From an uncultured Fibrobacterota bacterium (GTDB taxonomy: Bacteria > Fibrobacterota > Chitinivibrionia > Chitinivibrionales > FEN-1185), in contig CAVSQB010000002.1 of assembly GCA_963729895.1 (NCBI GenBank), positions 1 to 64,000 on the forward strand: DNA of 64,000 nt, read 5' to 3'. The notes under the pieces are model-generated. The model ran no database searches, was not told where the DNA came from, and saw nothing but the letters and a program-made list of their open reading frames with translations. Within the stretch, counting starts at the first letter, position 1, and every line of letters begins with the position of its first letter. The translations under genes and the position numbers were made by a program. This document shows positions 1 through 9,609 of the stretch, piece after piece.

Positions 1-664
1 GTACGCCTTTGCCGTAAGCGCAGTGAATGCAGGAGGAGAGTCGAACTTGAGTGGAGTGCAGACCGCGACGCCCGAGTTGGCAGACATTGACGGAAATGTG
101 TTTCATACGGTCACAATAGGCACGCAGGTTTGGATGGCGGAGAACCTTAAGACCACGAAATTTAACGACAGCACGGTGATACCGCTGGTAACGGATTCCG
201 AAGCATGGTCGAACCTGACAACGCCCGGATATTGCTGGTATAATGATTCAGTCTCCTACAAGGCGACCTATGGCGCTCTGTACAATTGGTACGCGGTAAA
301 CACCGGCAAACTGGCTCCAAAAGGCTGGCATGTGCCGACCGACTCGGAATGGATAGTGCTCACCACATTTCTGGGCGGCACAAACGTGGCTGGGGGAAAA
401 CTGAAAGAAACCGGGACGGCATACTGGGATTCTCCCAACACCGGTGCCACCGACGAATATGGATTCGCTGCGCTTCCGGGCGGTTGTCGTATATTCATTG
501 GGACATTCTATTACGCCGGCTCCATCTGTTATTGGTGGACGGCTACGGCAAACGACGCTACGAGCGCGTGGGACCGTGCTTTGGTCAGCGATAACACGTA
601 CGTGGGCGTCTACTTCAACCTTAATCAATACGGGATCGGTGTCCGGTGCGTTCGGGACAATTAG
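1..664 (+). CDS. FISUMP (Fib_succ_major) domain protein with preceding fibronectin type III domain; 5'-truncated by window edge
   Basis: Frame is open from base 2 (YAFAVSAVNAGGES, typical FN3 end). FISUMP motifs follow: DIDGNV.HTVTIGTQVWMAENL, YGALYNWYAV, GWHVPT..EW, C-terminal G.GVRCVRD. Confidence 0.9.
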   Translation, partial: YAFAVSAVNAGGESNLSGVQTATPELADIDGNVFHTVTIGTQVWMAENLKTTKFNDSTVIPLVTDSEAWSNLTTPGYCWYNDSVSYKATYGALYNWYAVNTGKLAPKGWHVPTDSEWIVLTTFLGGTNVAGGKLKETGTAYWDSPNTGATDEYGFAALPGGCRIFIGTFYYAGSICYWWTATANDATSAWDRALVSDNTYVGVYFNLNQYGIGVRCVRDN

Positions 665-694
665 TTTGATTCATTTGATCCTAAAAAATGCAGT

Positions 695-849
695 TCACCG
701 CAAAGGCGCAAACTGGGCAAAGGGAAACAGATTAAAAGTCAATTACTTGCAGGAAAAGAATTTGAGGATTCCGTGTTTGATGGGAGAATGGTCGGCATCG
801 GCAAAAACTCCATAAGATCTTCTCTGCGTCCTTTGCGTCTTTGCGGTGA
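695..849. repeat. Imperfect inverted repeat pair (MITE/REP-like), arms built of CGCAAAG-like units
   Basis: TCACCGCAAAGGCGCAAACTGGGCAAAGG at 695-723 versus the reverse complement of 821-849, TCACCGCAAAGACGCAAAGGACGCAGAGA; 17 of the first 18 nt match. Confidence 0.65.
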
Positions 850-914
850 GAATTATTTGAGGAATTTAGGTTGATTGCAAGCGAAGGAACCTGTTTATTC
901 TCCTGCGCGCCAGG

Positions 915-1077
915 TATCCGCAGACTCCGGCCAGTTTGCAACCGAGATTCGCCAAGCCTCTGTCAATCCTGCCGCGTCCCAGCCTTAGACCAGGACGGGG
1001 TGCGGTTCTCGTTTCCGGACGCAGGCGGTACAAAAGTTTCGGTCTTTGACTGTCTTGAAAAAAAATTGGCTTACTAG
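915..1077 (+). pseudogene. Orphan 3' remnant of a paralog of the 7457-8497 gene (end of CBM-like domain plus first half of T9SS tail)
   Basis: 923-942 matches 8198-8217 at 18/20 nt (DSGQF.T). After a frame break it reads VRFSFPDAGGTKVSVFDCL, versus VRFSIPDAGMTKVAVFDCL in the intact gene. Confidence 0.8.
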
Positions 1078-1090
1078 AGGGGGCTCAGAT

Positions 1091-2431
1091 TTGAGGCGTA
1101 CTTGCGTGAATGGGTTGGTCGTGGCACTGCTTCTGGGCGTCAGCGCGGCTTCAGCGCAATGCCCGGCATTTGTCCACAGTGTCGCTGCCAGACAATACGT
1201 GGATTCCGGGGCCGTTCTTCCCAAAGGAACGGTAGTCTGTGGTCTACTGTACGCAAACGGACTTTACACTGCTCCATTAGGCCAGAATACTCCGACTCTC
1301 ATCCCAAACTCCGATAAAGATGGTATGTGCAACAGCACTCAAATAACCGAAGATGGACAATGGGTGCTCTATAACGCAGGGGGGCCAAAGATCATCCGCG
1401 TCGACGGGCAGTTCAAGACCGCCGTGCCGGCGGTGAACGCCTCCACCAGCGAGGGCTGCTGCACCTTCTGGTGGCATGCTCCCAGCGGTAAGCTGGAAGT
1501 TGTCTACAGGGCACTTGGCGATGCAACAATACATGCAGTCCCCGTCACTTTCGGTGCTGCCGCACCCACGTTCGGCACGGACCATGTAATCGCCAATTTG
1601 ACCGGGGGCTCTGCAGAGTTCACGATGGGCGTCTCCTATAATCATATATTTATGAGATTTGACGATGCACATATGGGTCCGAAAATGATTACCATTCCCA
1701 ATAACGGCGCCGGCACGGCCACCAACGCCGATTTCTATAAACCAACTGAATATCCGCAAGAAGGCTGTATGCCCTCGATTTCGCACGACGGCTACATCTG
1801 CGTTTATAATCCGGGGTTTGACCAATGGTGTCATTGCATGCCCGATGAATTCTGCCTGATGCGGCATAAATCGTGCGTGCTGCTCCCTTTCCAGGAGGAG
1901 AATGCGACTCCGGTGAGTTGGCAATCCGTTCTCGTTGAGACAATGGCCATCAGCATAAACTGGGCCCCGGCTAACTTTTTATTACTTAACCCTAATGATA
2001 CGGCCGGTCTTGGGTTGGATTCCAATGATCAAGGTTCCGATGTCAAAGGATGGTGTTTCACAAACGACAGCAACTACGTCTCCTGCGACGCTTGGGGGCA
2101 TAAAATCGGCACAGACTCGGGCTGTATATTCCTCGTTCAATGGTCCACCGACACATGGACAAGGATTCTCACACCCATGAAGCCGGTGAGCAATGCTACG
2201 CTCCTGGCCTTTTCGGCGGTTTGGATCGATACGAGTTACAGGGGCGGCGTTATACAGTTGCCCGGCATTCCAGGAGGGCATCGCGGCGATCTTTACAAGG
2301 GCAACAGCTGGATGGTTGACATCAGAGGTCGCATTGTGCAAAATGCCAGGGCAGCGCAAAAACTTGTCCCGGGCATTTATTATATCGTGGACCCGGAGGG
2401 AGTCATGAGGCGCGTGGTTGTCGGACAGTAA
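1091..2431 (+). CDS. Secreted hypothetical protein (possibly beta-propeller-like) with short T9SS-like C-terminal tail
   Basis: GAGGGG RBS 7 nt before TTG at 1091; signal peptide ending ASA|Q; C-terminus MVDIRGRIV...PGIYYI...RRVVV. The fold is a guess. Confidence 0.75.
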   Translation: MRRTCVNGLVVALLLGVSAASAQCPAFVHSVAARQYVDSGAVLPKGTVVCGLLYANGLYTAPLGQNTPTLIPNSDKDGMCNSTQITEDGQWVLYNAGGPKIIRVDGQFKTAVPAVNASTSEGCCTFWWHAPSGKLEVVYRALGDATIHAVPVTFGAAAPTFGTDHVIANLTGGSAEFTMGVSYNHIFMRFDDAHMGPKMITIPNNGAGTATNADFYKPTEYPQEGCMPSISHDGYICVYNPGFDQWCHCMPDEFCLMRHKSCVLLPFQEENATPVSWQSVLVETMAISINWAPANFLLLNPNDTAGLGLDSNDQGSDVKGWCFTNDSNYVSCDAWGHKIGTDSGCIFLVQWSTDTWTRILTPMKPVSNATLLAFSAVWIDTSYRGGVIQLPGIPGGHRGDLYKGNSWMVDIRGRIVQNARAAQKLVPGIYYIVDPEGVMRRVVVGQ

Positions 2432-2470
2432 GTCGTATCGCGCCACAAGCCTGACGGTTCCCGGTATTGC

Positions 2471-2627
2471 CGCATTGCAATGAGCCAGGGTCAGGTGCAC
2501 GTCTCACTTCCGGACGCTGGCAGCCACAGTACGCAGCTCAACACGGCAAGCCTGCGGCAGGGCATTTACTTTGTGCGCATGGAGCATTGTGGGTGCAAGC
2601 GTTGCAAAATTTGAATCGGCCAGGTGA
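2471..2627 (+). pseudogene. Orphan T9SS C-terminal tail remnant with internal deletion and frameshift
   Basis: Translates RIAMSQGQVHVSLPDAG|SHSTQLNTASLRQGIYFVRMEH, then shifts to ASVAKFESAR*. Homologous to the 7457-8497 tail, but the segment between DAG and AAG is missing. Confidence 0.8.
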
Positions 2628-2673
2628 TAGGCAATAACGAATTAGTGATTCTGTTTCGATACTACACTTACGG

Positions 2674-2708
2674 AAAAAGAGAGGCCGGGAACAAATCCGG
2701 CCTTTTTT
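2674..2708 (+). terminator. Rho-independent terminator
   Basis: AGGCCGG...CCGGCCT stem followed by a T-run. Confidence 0.7.
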
Positions 2709-2771
2709 GCGTGAGAGCGAAAACTATTCTCCAGAAGAACCTCCAGAGTATTTATTCCGGAGAAATGTGTC

Positions 2772-3167
2772 ATGAAAAGTATGGAGGAAATCAAGAACAA
2801 CCTGTCGCTCCTGAAACCGCAACTGCAAAAACGCTGCGGCGTTTCGGAAATCGGGATATTCGGGTCCTATGTGCGCGGCGAATAGAAACCGGACAGCGAT
2901 ATAGCCGTCTATGTAGATTATGTGGAAACTCCCAGCTTGCTTGATATCGTCGGCCTGGAGATCTATTTGAGTGATGAATTGAAGGGAAAAGTCGATCTTG
3001 TTCCACGCGAATGCATTCGGCCGGAACTGGAAAAGTACACACTTCCCGAGGTGGTCAAGAATGAGCGGAATGTGCGGCAGATCGTCTGGCTCGTGATAAA
3101 GGAGAATTTACCGGCCATCATCGATAAAATCAAGAACGTTTGCGAAACCATGCCGGAAGAAATCTAG
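2772..3167 (+). pseudogene. Degenerate MNT (nucleotidyltransferase)-HEPN/DUF86 toxin-antitoxin pair
   Basis: MNT motif [16 protein letters not shown] has an in-frame TAG at 2883-2885, then ...GKVDLV. It runs directly into a DUF86-like C-terminus (IVWLVIKENLP), so most of the HEPN gene is deleted. Confidence 0.85.
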
Positions 3168-3211
3168 CGTTCTCCTCCGCAAACAAGCCGCATCGCTTCT
3201 TGCGTGTAAGC

Positions 3212-3301
3212 ACTCCGGCGGGCCCGAGGCAGGGCATTTGCTTTGTGCGCATGGAGCATGGCAGGGTTGCAAGAGTGGCGAAGTTCCAATCTATTGGATG
3301 A
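3212..3301 (+). pseudogene. Third orphan T9SS tail remnant
   Basis: Translates RQGICFVRMEHGRVARVAKFQSIG*; 3228-3259 matches 2556-2587 at 31/32 nt. Confidence 0.8.
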
Positions 3302-3340
3302 CAAATAACGCAAGCATATTGATCTTGTCTTGATTTTAAA

Positions 3341-3389
3341 ATCAGAAAGAGAAAGGCCAGAAGGAGAATCTGGCCTTTCTCTTTCTGAT
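3341..3389. terminator. Bidirectional terminator-like hairpin
   Basis: Perfect 21-bp stem ATCAGAAAGAGAAAGGCCAGA / TCTGGCCTTTCTCTTTCTGAT with a 7-nt loop, between convergent units. Confidence 0.8.
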
Positions 3390-3681
3390 AATTACCTTAG
3401 ATCGGGTCCGCATTCTTCATTTCATTAATCACGCACACACCGGACACTCCACCCACAGCTTTCTAAAGCATAAAAATTATCTGAATATGTAGTTGCGATA
3501 TCGAAGTAATAGGCCACGCCGGCACCCTCTTCAGTAGATGACCACCAAACCCCTAGATCCCCGAGCCCTCCAGCAAATGTGCCGGTATAGCTACGTGTGG
3601 TGCTAGGAATACCGGTATAGCCGGTTGAATTTGTAGCGCCGGCGTTCGGAGGAGGCCAGTAGGCGGTTCCAGTATCCCTAA

Positions 3682-4993
3682 CAGGGTGTTGAAAAAGTCT
3701 CCCTTTTGTAAACATTTATCCTTATATTATAGGGGAACCCCAACCAAGGAGTATTGATGAGAGGTTCCCAGCCAGCCCAAGGCGGTATGTTCAGCTTCGT
3801 TTCTCCGGATTCCCGAGTGCCGGCAACGCACCCGCTTCGTCGTGTCAAACAGTTTACGGACATAGCGCTGCGCCGCCTTTCTCGTGACTTTGAGGCGATG
3901 TACAGCCGGATGGGGCGCCCTTCGATACCGCCGGAATGGCTTTTGAAAGCACAGATATTGATGGCTTTGTTTTCGATACGGTCGGACCGGTTGTTTTGCG
4001 AGATGCTGGACTATAACATTCTGTTCCGATGGTTTCTTGACATGGATCTGGATGCGGCATCGTTTGATCATAGTGTGTTTTCGAAGAACCGAGATCGACT
4101 TATGGAACAGGAGATTGCGCACCGGCTGATGCAGGAAATCGTGCGTCTTGCTCGTTCCGAAGAGTTGTTGTCCGATGAGCATTTCACGGTTGACGGCACG
4201 TTGATTGAAGCCTGGGCATCGATGAAGAGCTTCAAGCGAAAAGACGCGGAATCGGCGAACAAGACTGACGATGATCGGAGTAATCCGTCGGTTGATTTCC
4301 ACCATGAGAAGCGAAGCAATGAGACACATCAGAGTTCGACCGATCCAGAGGCGCTGTTGGCTCGGAAGAACAAGAGAACGGGAGCGCAGCTGGCGTATTC
4401 CGGTCACGTGCTGATGGAAAACCGAAATGGGTTGTGTGTTGATATCGCCATTGCGCCAGCGACGGGGACAGCGGAACGGGATATGGCGCTTGAGCTGATA
4501 AAGCATGAACGCAGGCGCGGAAAACGCCGGATGAAGACGGTGGGTGCAGACAAAGGGTATCATGCAACCGAATTTATCAAGAGCCTGCGACGCCTGCACG
4601 TGAAGCCTCACATTGCCGAGAAGGCCAACACTTCGCTTAAAGGGTTGGATGGAAGAACGACTCGGCATAAGGGATACAGCGTAAGTCAACGGAAACGAAA
4701 ACGGGTTGAAGAGATATTTGGGTGGATCAAGAGCGTCGGTGGCCTGCGGAAAACTCGGGTAAGAGGAATACGAATCAACCAGACTGTTGCCTACGTGGTT
4801 GCCGCAGCGTACAACTTGATACGCATGGTTAAGTTGATGCCGCAAACGGTGGGGGCAGCATGAGAATGGCCTGGGAATCCGGGGAAATGCCTCGGAACGA
4901 GGCAGGTAAAACCTCTCTGACATATGTAAAGTTGAAGTTAGGTTCATAAAAAATCAACAAGAGCGCTTCTGTTAGGACTATTTCAACAACCTG
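3682..4993 (+). mobile_element. IS5-family insertion sequence, 1312 bp
   Basis: Terminal IRs CAGGGTGTTGAAAAAGTC / CAGGTTGTTGAAATAGTC (16/18 match); CTAA target-site duplication at 3678-3681 and 4994-4997. Confidence 0.93.
3757..4863 (+). CDS. IS5-family DDE transposase
   Basis: MRG...MFSF.S...RVP..HPLR N-terminus; GRPSIPPE; VDGTLIEA; ADKGY; RKRVEEIFGW.K. The ORF is intact. Confidence 0.93.
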   Translation: MRGSQPAQGGMFSFVSPDSRVPATHPLRRVKQFTDIALRRLSRDFEAMYSRMGRPSIPPEWLLKAQILMALFSIRSDRLFCEMLDYNILFRWFLDMDLDAASFDHSVFSKNRDRLMEQEIAHRLMQEIVRLARSEELLSDEHFTVDGTLIEAWASMKSFKRKDAESANKTDDDRSNPSVDFHHEKRSNETHQSSTDPEALLARKNKRTGAQLAYSGHVLMENRNGLCVDIAIAPATGTAERDMALELIKHERRRGKRRMKTVGADKGYHATEFIKSLRRLHVKPHIAEKANTSLKGLDGRTTRHKGYSVSQRKRKRVEEIFGWIKSVGGLRKTRVRGIRINQTVAYVVAAAYNLIRMVKLMPQTVGAA

Positions 4994-7456
4994 CTAAGTT
5001 GATTCGAGGTCCCTTGAGTTAGCCCTCCAAGATAATTGAATAGTGTCGTCCATTCCGCATTCGTCGGAACATGCCAGCCATTAGGAGCTAGTCTTCCTGT
5101 GCTTACCGCATACCAATTGTAAATTGCACCATAGCGGGTCGCACTATAGGCGGTTGAATCATGATACCAGCAGAACGCTGGATTGTACACTGTGCTCCAT
5201 GCTGCACTATCCGTCACAAGCGGGATTACACCTCCGTCACGATATTTTGTCGTCTTCAAATTCTGCACCATCCATACCTGTGTCCCTATCGTAACCTCGG
5301 TATAAATATTCCCGTCAGCATCCTGGATTATCCACTTCGCGTAAACCGTGACATTGGCATTTACCACTGTGGTTGCGGTAAACTGTGTCCCGCCCCCATT
5401 CACGGCAGTGTACCACCCCGCAAAGACATAGCTCGTTTTGGTTGGCGGTTGCGGCAGCGATCCGACCGAGTCTGCCGGTGATGTCACATTCAAAGTCGGC
5501 GGATTGGCCGCCGCCGTAGCACCTTGACCATCAAAAATAACAGCATATGTATTCGGCGTCCACTTTGCATACAGGGTGATTGACGAGGTTATCGGCGTCA
5601 TGAAATTGAATTGGATCGTAAGCGCCTGGTCCGAATACCATCCGGCAAAGATGAATCCGTTTTGCGTGGGAGGTGTAGGCGCGGTAGCCGTGGAGTTATA
5701 GGTGACGTTCTGACTGTCAACCGCGGTGCCGCCGTTACTATTGAACTTGACGGTGTACAGATCTATTGACCATTTCGCATACAATGTGATAGAGGTAGTG
5801 ACGGGGGTTGAAAAGTTGTATGCTGTTGTCAACAGCGAATCCGAATACCATCCTGAGAAACCGTATCCGGTCTTTGCAGGCGCAGGGGTGGGGAGGGTTG
5901 CCAGGGAATCATAATTGACGATCTGGCTGGCAACCGCGCTGCCGCCATTGCTGTTGAACGTGACCGTGAACATGGTTAATGTCCATTTTGCGAACAGCGT
6001 ATCGTTGGCGGCGCCAATCGTCAATGAAGATCCGGCGGCATAGGTCGTTCCGTTCCCGTTGGACCTTGTATTCCATCCCGCGAAAGTGTACCCGGTTTTA
6101 ATGAGCGATCCGGTATTGGCAAGAACCGTTACCGCAGCGCCCTGCAGGTAGGCGTTCGCATCAAGCGGGACGCCGCCACCGGTATTGCCGTTGCCATTGT
6201 AGATCACGGAAAATGTCGGGTTCTGCGTCCACACCGCATAGAGCGTATCGTAAGCTGCAGGCATGCTGAATGTTACGCCGCCCGCATACGATGTCCCTTT
6301 GCCGTCTGCCGAAGTGTTCCACCCTGCAAAAGTGTAATCGGTTCGAGCGAGATTACCGGTATTGCCTTTTACCGTGACGGTCGATCTCTGCGGGTAGGCA
6401 TTGGCGTCTGTCGGGACCGTGCCGCCCGTATTCCCATTGCCGTTATAGGTAACCGTGTACGTCGGGTTCTGTGTCCATTTTGCATAGAGCATGGCGTTGG
6501 ACGCTCCCATGGTGAACGTTTCCCCGCCCGCATACGATGCTCCGCTTCCGTCAGCAGCCGTGTTCCATCCCGCAAAGGTGTAGCCTGTCTTTACCAGGTT
6601 GCCGGTGTTGGCCAGCACTGTTGCGCTCGCGCCCTGCTGATAGGTATTGCCGTCAGTTGGTACTGTTCCGCCTGTACTTTTCCGTTGCCGTCGTAAGTTA
6701 CCGTGCAGGGTTTGCCTATCATTGTAATTTTGGCAGTTACCGAATAGTTCGGCTCTCCCTGAATAACGGCAACAGCAGAAACAGTCCTTATGCCCGCGGA
6801 ATGCAAGGCGACGGATATCCATTGCGTGTCGGTCCATGCGGAAGGATTTCCGAACGTGATAACAGTGTCGGTGTCTGCAGCGGTTCTTGTTATCGCAATA
6901 GTAACTGAATTTATGTATTTGGGAAGATATGCCTTCACGCCGATACGAATGACTTTGTCAACCGTGTCGGAAACCGAATCCGTGCCGCGTAGGTTATTCG
7001 AGTTTACCAATACGATTGAGATTGTCGCGTTTGAGGCTGTGAAAGGGCTGGTTGAACTGGTACAGGAGAGTAAGAGGGGAACAAAGATTGACGGAAGAAT
7101 GAGGAGCAACGAAAGTTTTTTGGACATAATTCAAATCTCCGCATGAAAGAATTGAAGAAATGGTTCTTGTTCCAGGGGAAATTGGCACTTAAGAATATAA
7201 TATTGGGATTGAAAGAGTGTTGTGACGACGGTCACAAAGAGAGTGGCAAATTTGGCACATAAACGAACGACGGTTGATTACCGATTTTGCTTTCACGAAT
7301 TCGCAAGCTATGGATTCCCTGTGCCTTCTTCCGGGGATCCTTTTTATTCCAAAAAAAATTCCGTTACACCTGATGTTTATTCTTATATTATGATCAGGGG
7401 AAGAGGACCGATTTAATCGGTTAATAGACTAACCTATTGTCCAAGAGGGGGACAGG

Positions 7457-8497
7457 ATGAAAAGTTCGGAGGGTTATTCAAGGTTTCTCCTGGCCGCATT
7501 GGCGACCGGGGCGTTCCTTTTTTCCGTTTCACAGGCAACTATTCCAACAGGCTATGTCGGCAAACCCTATCCTCCGGGCAGCGGACCGCACGAGATTCCA
7601 GGAAGGATAGACTTCCGGCAATACGATTATGTGCCTCCATCACTGGGTAACTCCCAAGGTGTCACTTTTGTCCAAGACGATCTGGCCGGTTCAGATGTTG
7701 CACGGGGTAGTGATGCCGCAGGCAGGGATGGGAACATCCCGGGCGTTCCCGTGGACAGCGACAAGACTTGGCCGGCGTTTTGGTATACTAATGATAACAC
7801 TGTTAGTGATCTTGACACGTTCTACGCAGCAGGTGTCGCGTGGCCCAACGGAGTCCGGTATCCCGACCCGGTCGACACCTCGGTGGCCGACTACTACATC
7901 GGCGCCAGCCATGCAGACAGTTGGACGAAGTTCACAGTCCATGTTCCCACGGCCGGGAAATACTGGATCAGCTCGATTTTTGCCGCAGCGGAACAACCAG
8001 CGCATTTTCAAATCAGTTTCCTCAACGGCGCTAACACCGTCACTGTAGCGTCGGGAAACCTTAACGGGCCTGCCAGCTACCATGAATGGAAAGAGTTCAG
8101 CGACTTTGCTTCCATACAGCTCGATTCAGGCGTACAGGTTCTCTATTTCCAGAACGGTACGAACCATCTCAACCAAGACTTCCTCTATATCGCCTCCGAC
8201 TCCGGCCAATTTACAACTGCAATTCTCCGCACCCCCGCAAAATCGACAAACGCCGGCCCGCTGAATATTTCTCTTGCGCAAAAAACGGTGCGTTTTTCGA
8301 TACCCGACGCGGGCATGACCAAAGTGGCGGTCTTTGACTGCCTCGGCAAGGAGATTTCCCAGCTCATGAACCGCACGCTGGCCGCGGGCGAGCATACTGT
8401 TTCCGTCAACACGGCAAACCTGAAACAGGGCGTTTACTTTTTGCGCATTTCGCATAACGGCACGGCGGGCGTGGTAAAGTTCCAGAATTTCAATTGA
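7457..8497 (+). CDS. Secreted CBM6-like domain protein with T9SS C-terminal tail (array member 1, most divergent)
   Basis: Signal peptide; IPTGY.GKPY..IPG; WTKFTVHVPTAGKY; LDSGVQVL; tail VFDCLGK...GVYFLRI. Confidence 0.8.
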   Translation: MKSSEGYSRFLLAALATGAFLFSVSQATIPTGYVGKPYPPGSGPHEIPGRIDFRQYDYVPPSLGNSQGVTFVQDDLAGSDVARGSDAAGRDGNIPGVPVDSDKTWPAFWYTNDNTVSDLDTFYAAGVAWPNGVRYPDPVDTSVADYYIGASHADSWTKFTVHVPTAGKYWISSIFAAAEQPAHFQISFLNGANTVTVASGNLNGPASYHEWKEFSDFASIQLDSGVQVLYFQNGTNHLNQDFLYIASDSGQFTTAILRTPAKSTNAGPLNISLAQKTVRFSIPDAGMTKVAVFDCLGKEISQLMNRTLAAGEHTVSVNTANLKQGVYFLRISHNGTAGVVKFQNFN

Positions 8498-8555
8498 TTG
8501 ATCGAAAAGGCTTGGTCGACGGTACTCAAACAGTAATGAAAAGGAGATGTTCGCT

Positions 8556-9551
8556 ATGAAGTTGTATCATAAAATCGGGATCGCGGCAACGGCATGCTTT
8601 CTTGCCGTATCCTTGCTCTATGCCGCAATTCCCGCGGGATATACGGGCGTGCCGTACTGCTGTGATACTCTCATGCATCATTACCAGCAGATCCCCGGAC
8701 AAGTTGCATGCGTGTTTTTCGACTCGGGCGGGGAGAAAGTTGCTTTCCATTACCCCGGCGGTTGTGGCGGGGGTGGTACCATGCGTTTGAATGCGGCAAA
8801 ACAGCAAATCCCGGCCGATGCTCCAATGTGCATGCAGCAATACAGCGGCAATGACCACACTTTCGGGTCGACTACGAACCCCGGTCAGCTTGAACCCGGC
8901 TACTGGCATCTGGCATGGATCGTCCCGGCCAGCCCCACCGACTCGGGTGAATGGCTCAAGTATACGGTGCATGTGAATACGGCGGGCATGTATTATGTCG
9001 GTTTCCATGAGGCGACCGCCTACCTTCCGAATCTCCAGCTGCTTACGTACTACGATGGCACGAACGTAAGAACGGATTCGATAGCTAACATGCCGGTCGA
9101 CACGCCATTGCCCATCGGTTGTCCTGAAGTCTGGCATTGCTGGACCTTCACTCCGAACCTGGATTCCGTGATGCTCGACACCGGACTGCAGGTTATCCAG
9201 CTGACTTTTAAAGTCGGAAGCTGGAACATGGACTTGATCCAGTTTGATCTCCATTACCCCTCGGAGGCGGGGCACATAAACCCTGTTCACGTCACCGAAT
9301 CGGAAGCAATGAAGGTCAGGCCCCAGGCGAACGTGCTTGATGTTTCATTCGACCTGAATAAACCAGGCAAGGCATCGTTTTCCATTCTCGACTGCAAAGG
9401 CAGGGTGGTTGGAAACACGGTCACAAAGTCTCTGGCTGCCGGACCACAATCGCAAAGTCTGCCTCTTGGCGCGTTGTCTCCGGGAGTTTACTTGCTGGAA
9501 ATGGAGCATAACGGCACGATGGCGGAATCACGGTTCATAATCACGCGCTGA
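8556..9551 (+). CDS. Secreted CBM6-like domain protein with T9SS tail (member 2)
   Basis: AAGGAG RBS before ATG 8556; IPG...FFDSGGE.V.FH; GEWLKYTVHVNTAGMY; tail LDCKGR...GVYLL. Confidence 0.82.
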   Translation: MKLYHKIGIAATACFLAVSLLYAAIPAGYTGVPYCCDTLMHHYQQIPGQVACVFFDSGGEKVAFHYPGGCGGGGTMRLNAAKQQIPADAPMCMQQYSGNDHTFGSTTNPGQLEPGYWHLAWIVPASPTDSGEWLKYTVHVNTAGMYYVGFHEATAYLPNLQLLTYYDGTNVRTDSIANMPVDTPLPIGCPEVWHCWTFTPNLDSVMLDTGLQVIQLTFKVGSWNMDLIQFDLHYPSEAGHINPVHVTESEAMKVRPQANVLDVSFDLNKPGKASFSILDCKGRVVGNTVTKSLAAGPQSQSLPLGALSPGVYLLEMEHNGTMAESRFIITR

Positions 9552-9609
9552 GCCATTCTTTCATGTAAGACAGGGAGAGTATCATACATCTTTGAAAGGA
9601 GTTTCTGTC

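Larger units (their letters stand above)
3425..7127 (-). pseudogene. Lipoprotein with six InlB B-type (Listeria-Bacteroides) repeats and C-terminal FISUMP domain; disrupted by a 1-nt deletion (about 6678-6681) and an IS5 insertion
   Basis: Lipobox LLSC; six F.GW...LYA.W repeats. The frame changes at TVTYDGNG|STGG. Removing the IS and one TSD copy restores NQLRDTGTAYW in frame. Reconstructed length is 795 aa. Confidence 0.9.

Noticed and set aside
2883..2885. In-frame TAG as recoding (pyrrolysine or alternative genetic code)
   Set aside because: TAG is a normal stop for many intact genes here (e.g. fhs, malQ), and the same gene has other lesions.
3727..4947. 406-aa minus-strand ORF
   Set aside because: Antisense shadow of the IS5 transposase; no recognisable motifs.
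1..7127. Diversity-generating retroelement targeting the two FISUMP C-termini
   Set aside because: No reverse transcriptase in the window and no near-identical template/variable repeat pair differing at adenines; the two domains are simply divergent paralogs.
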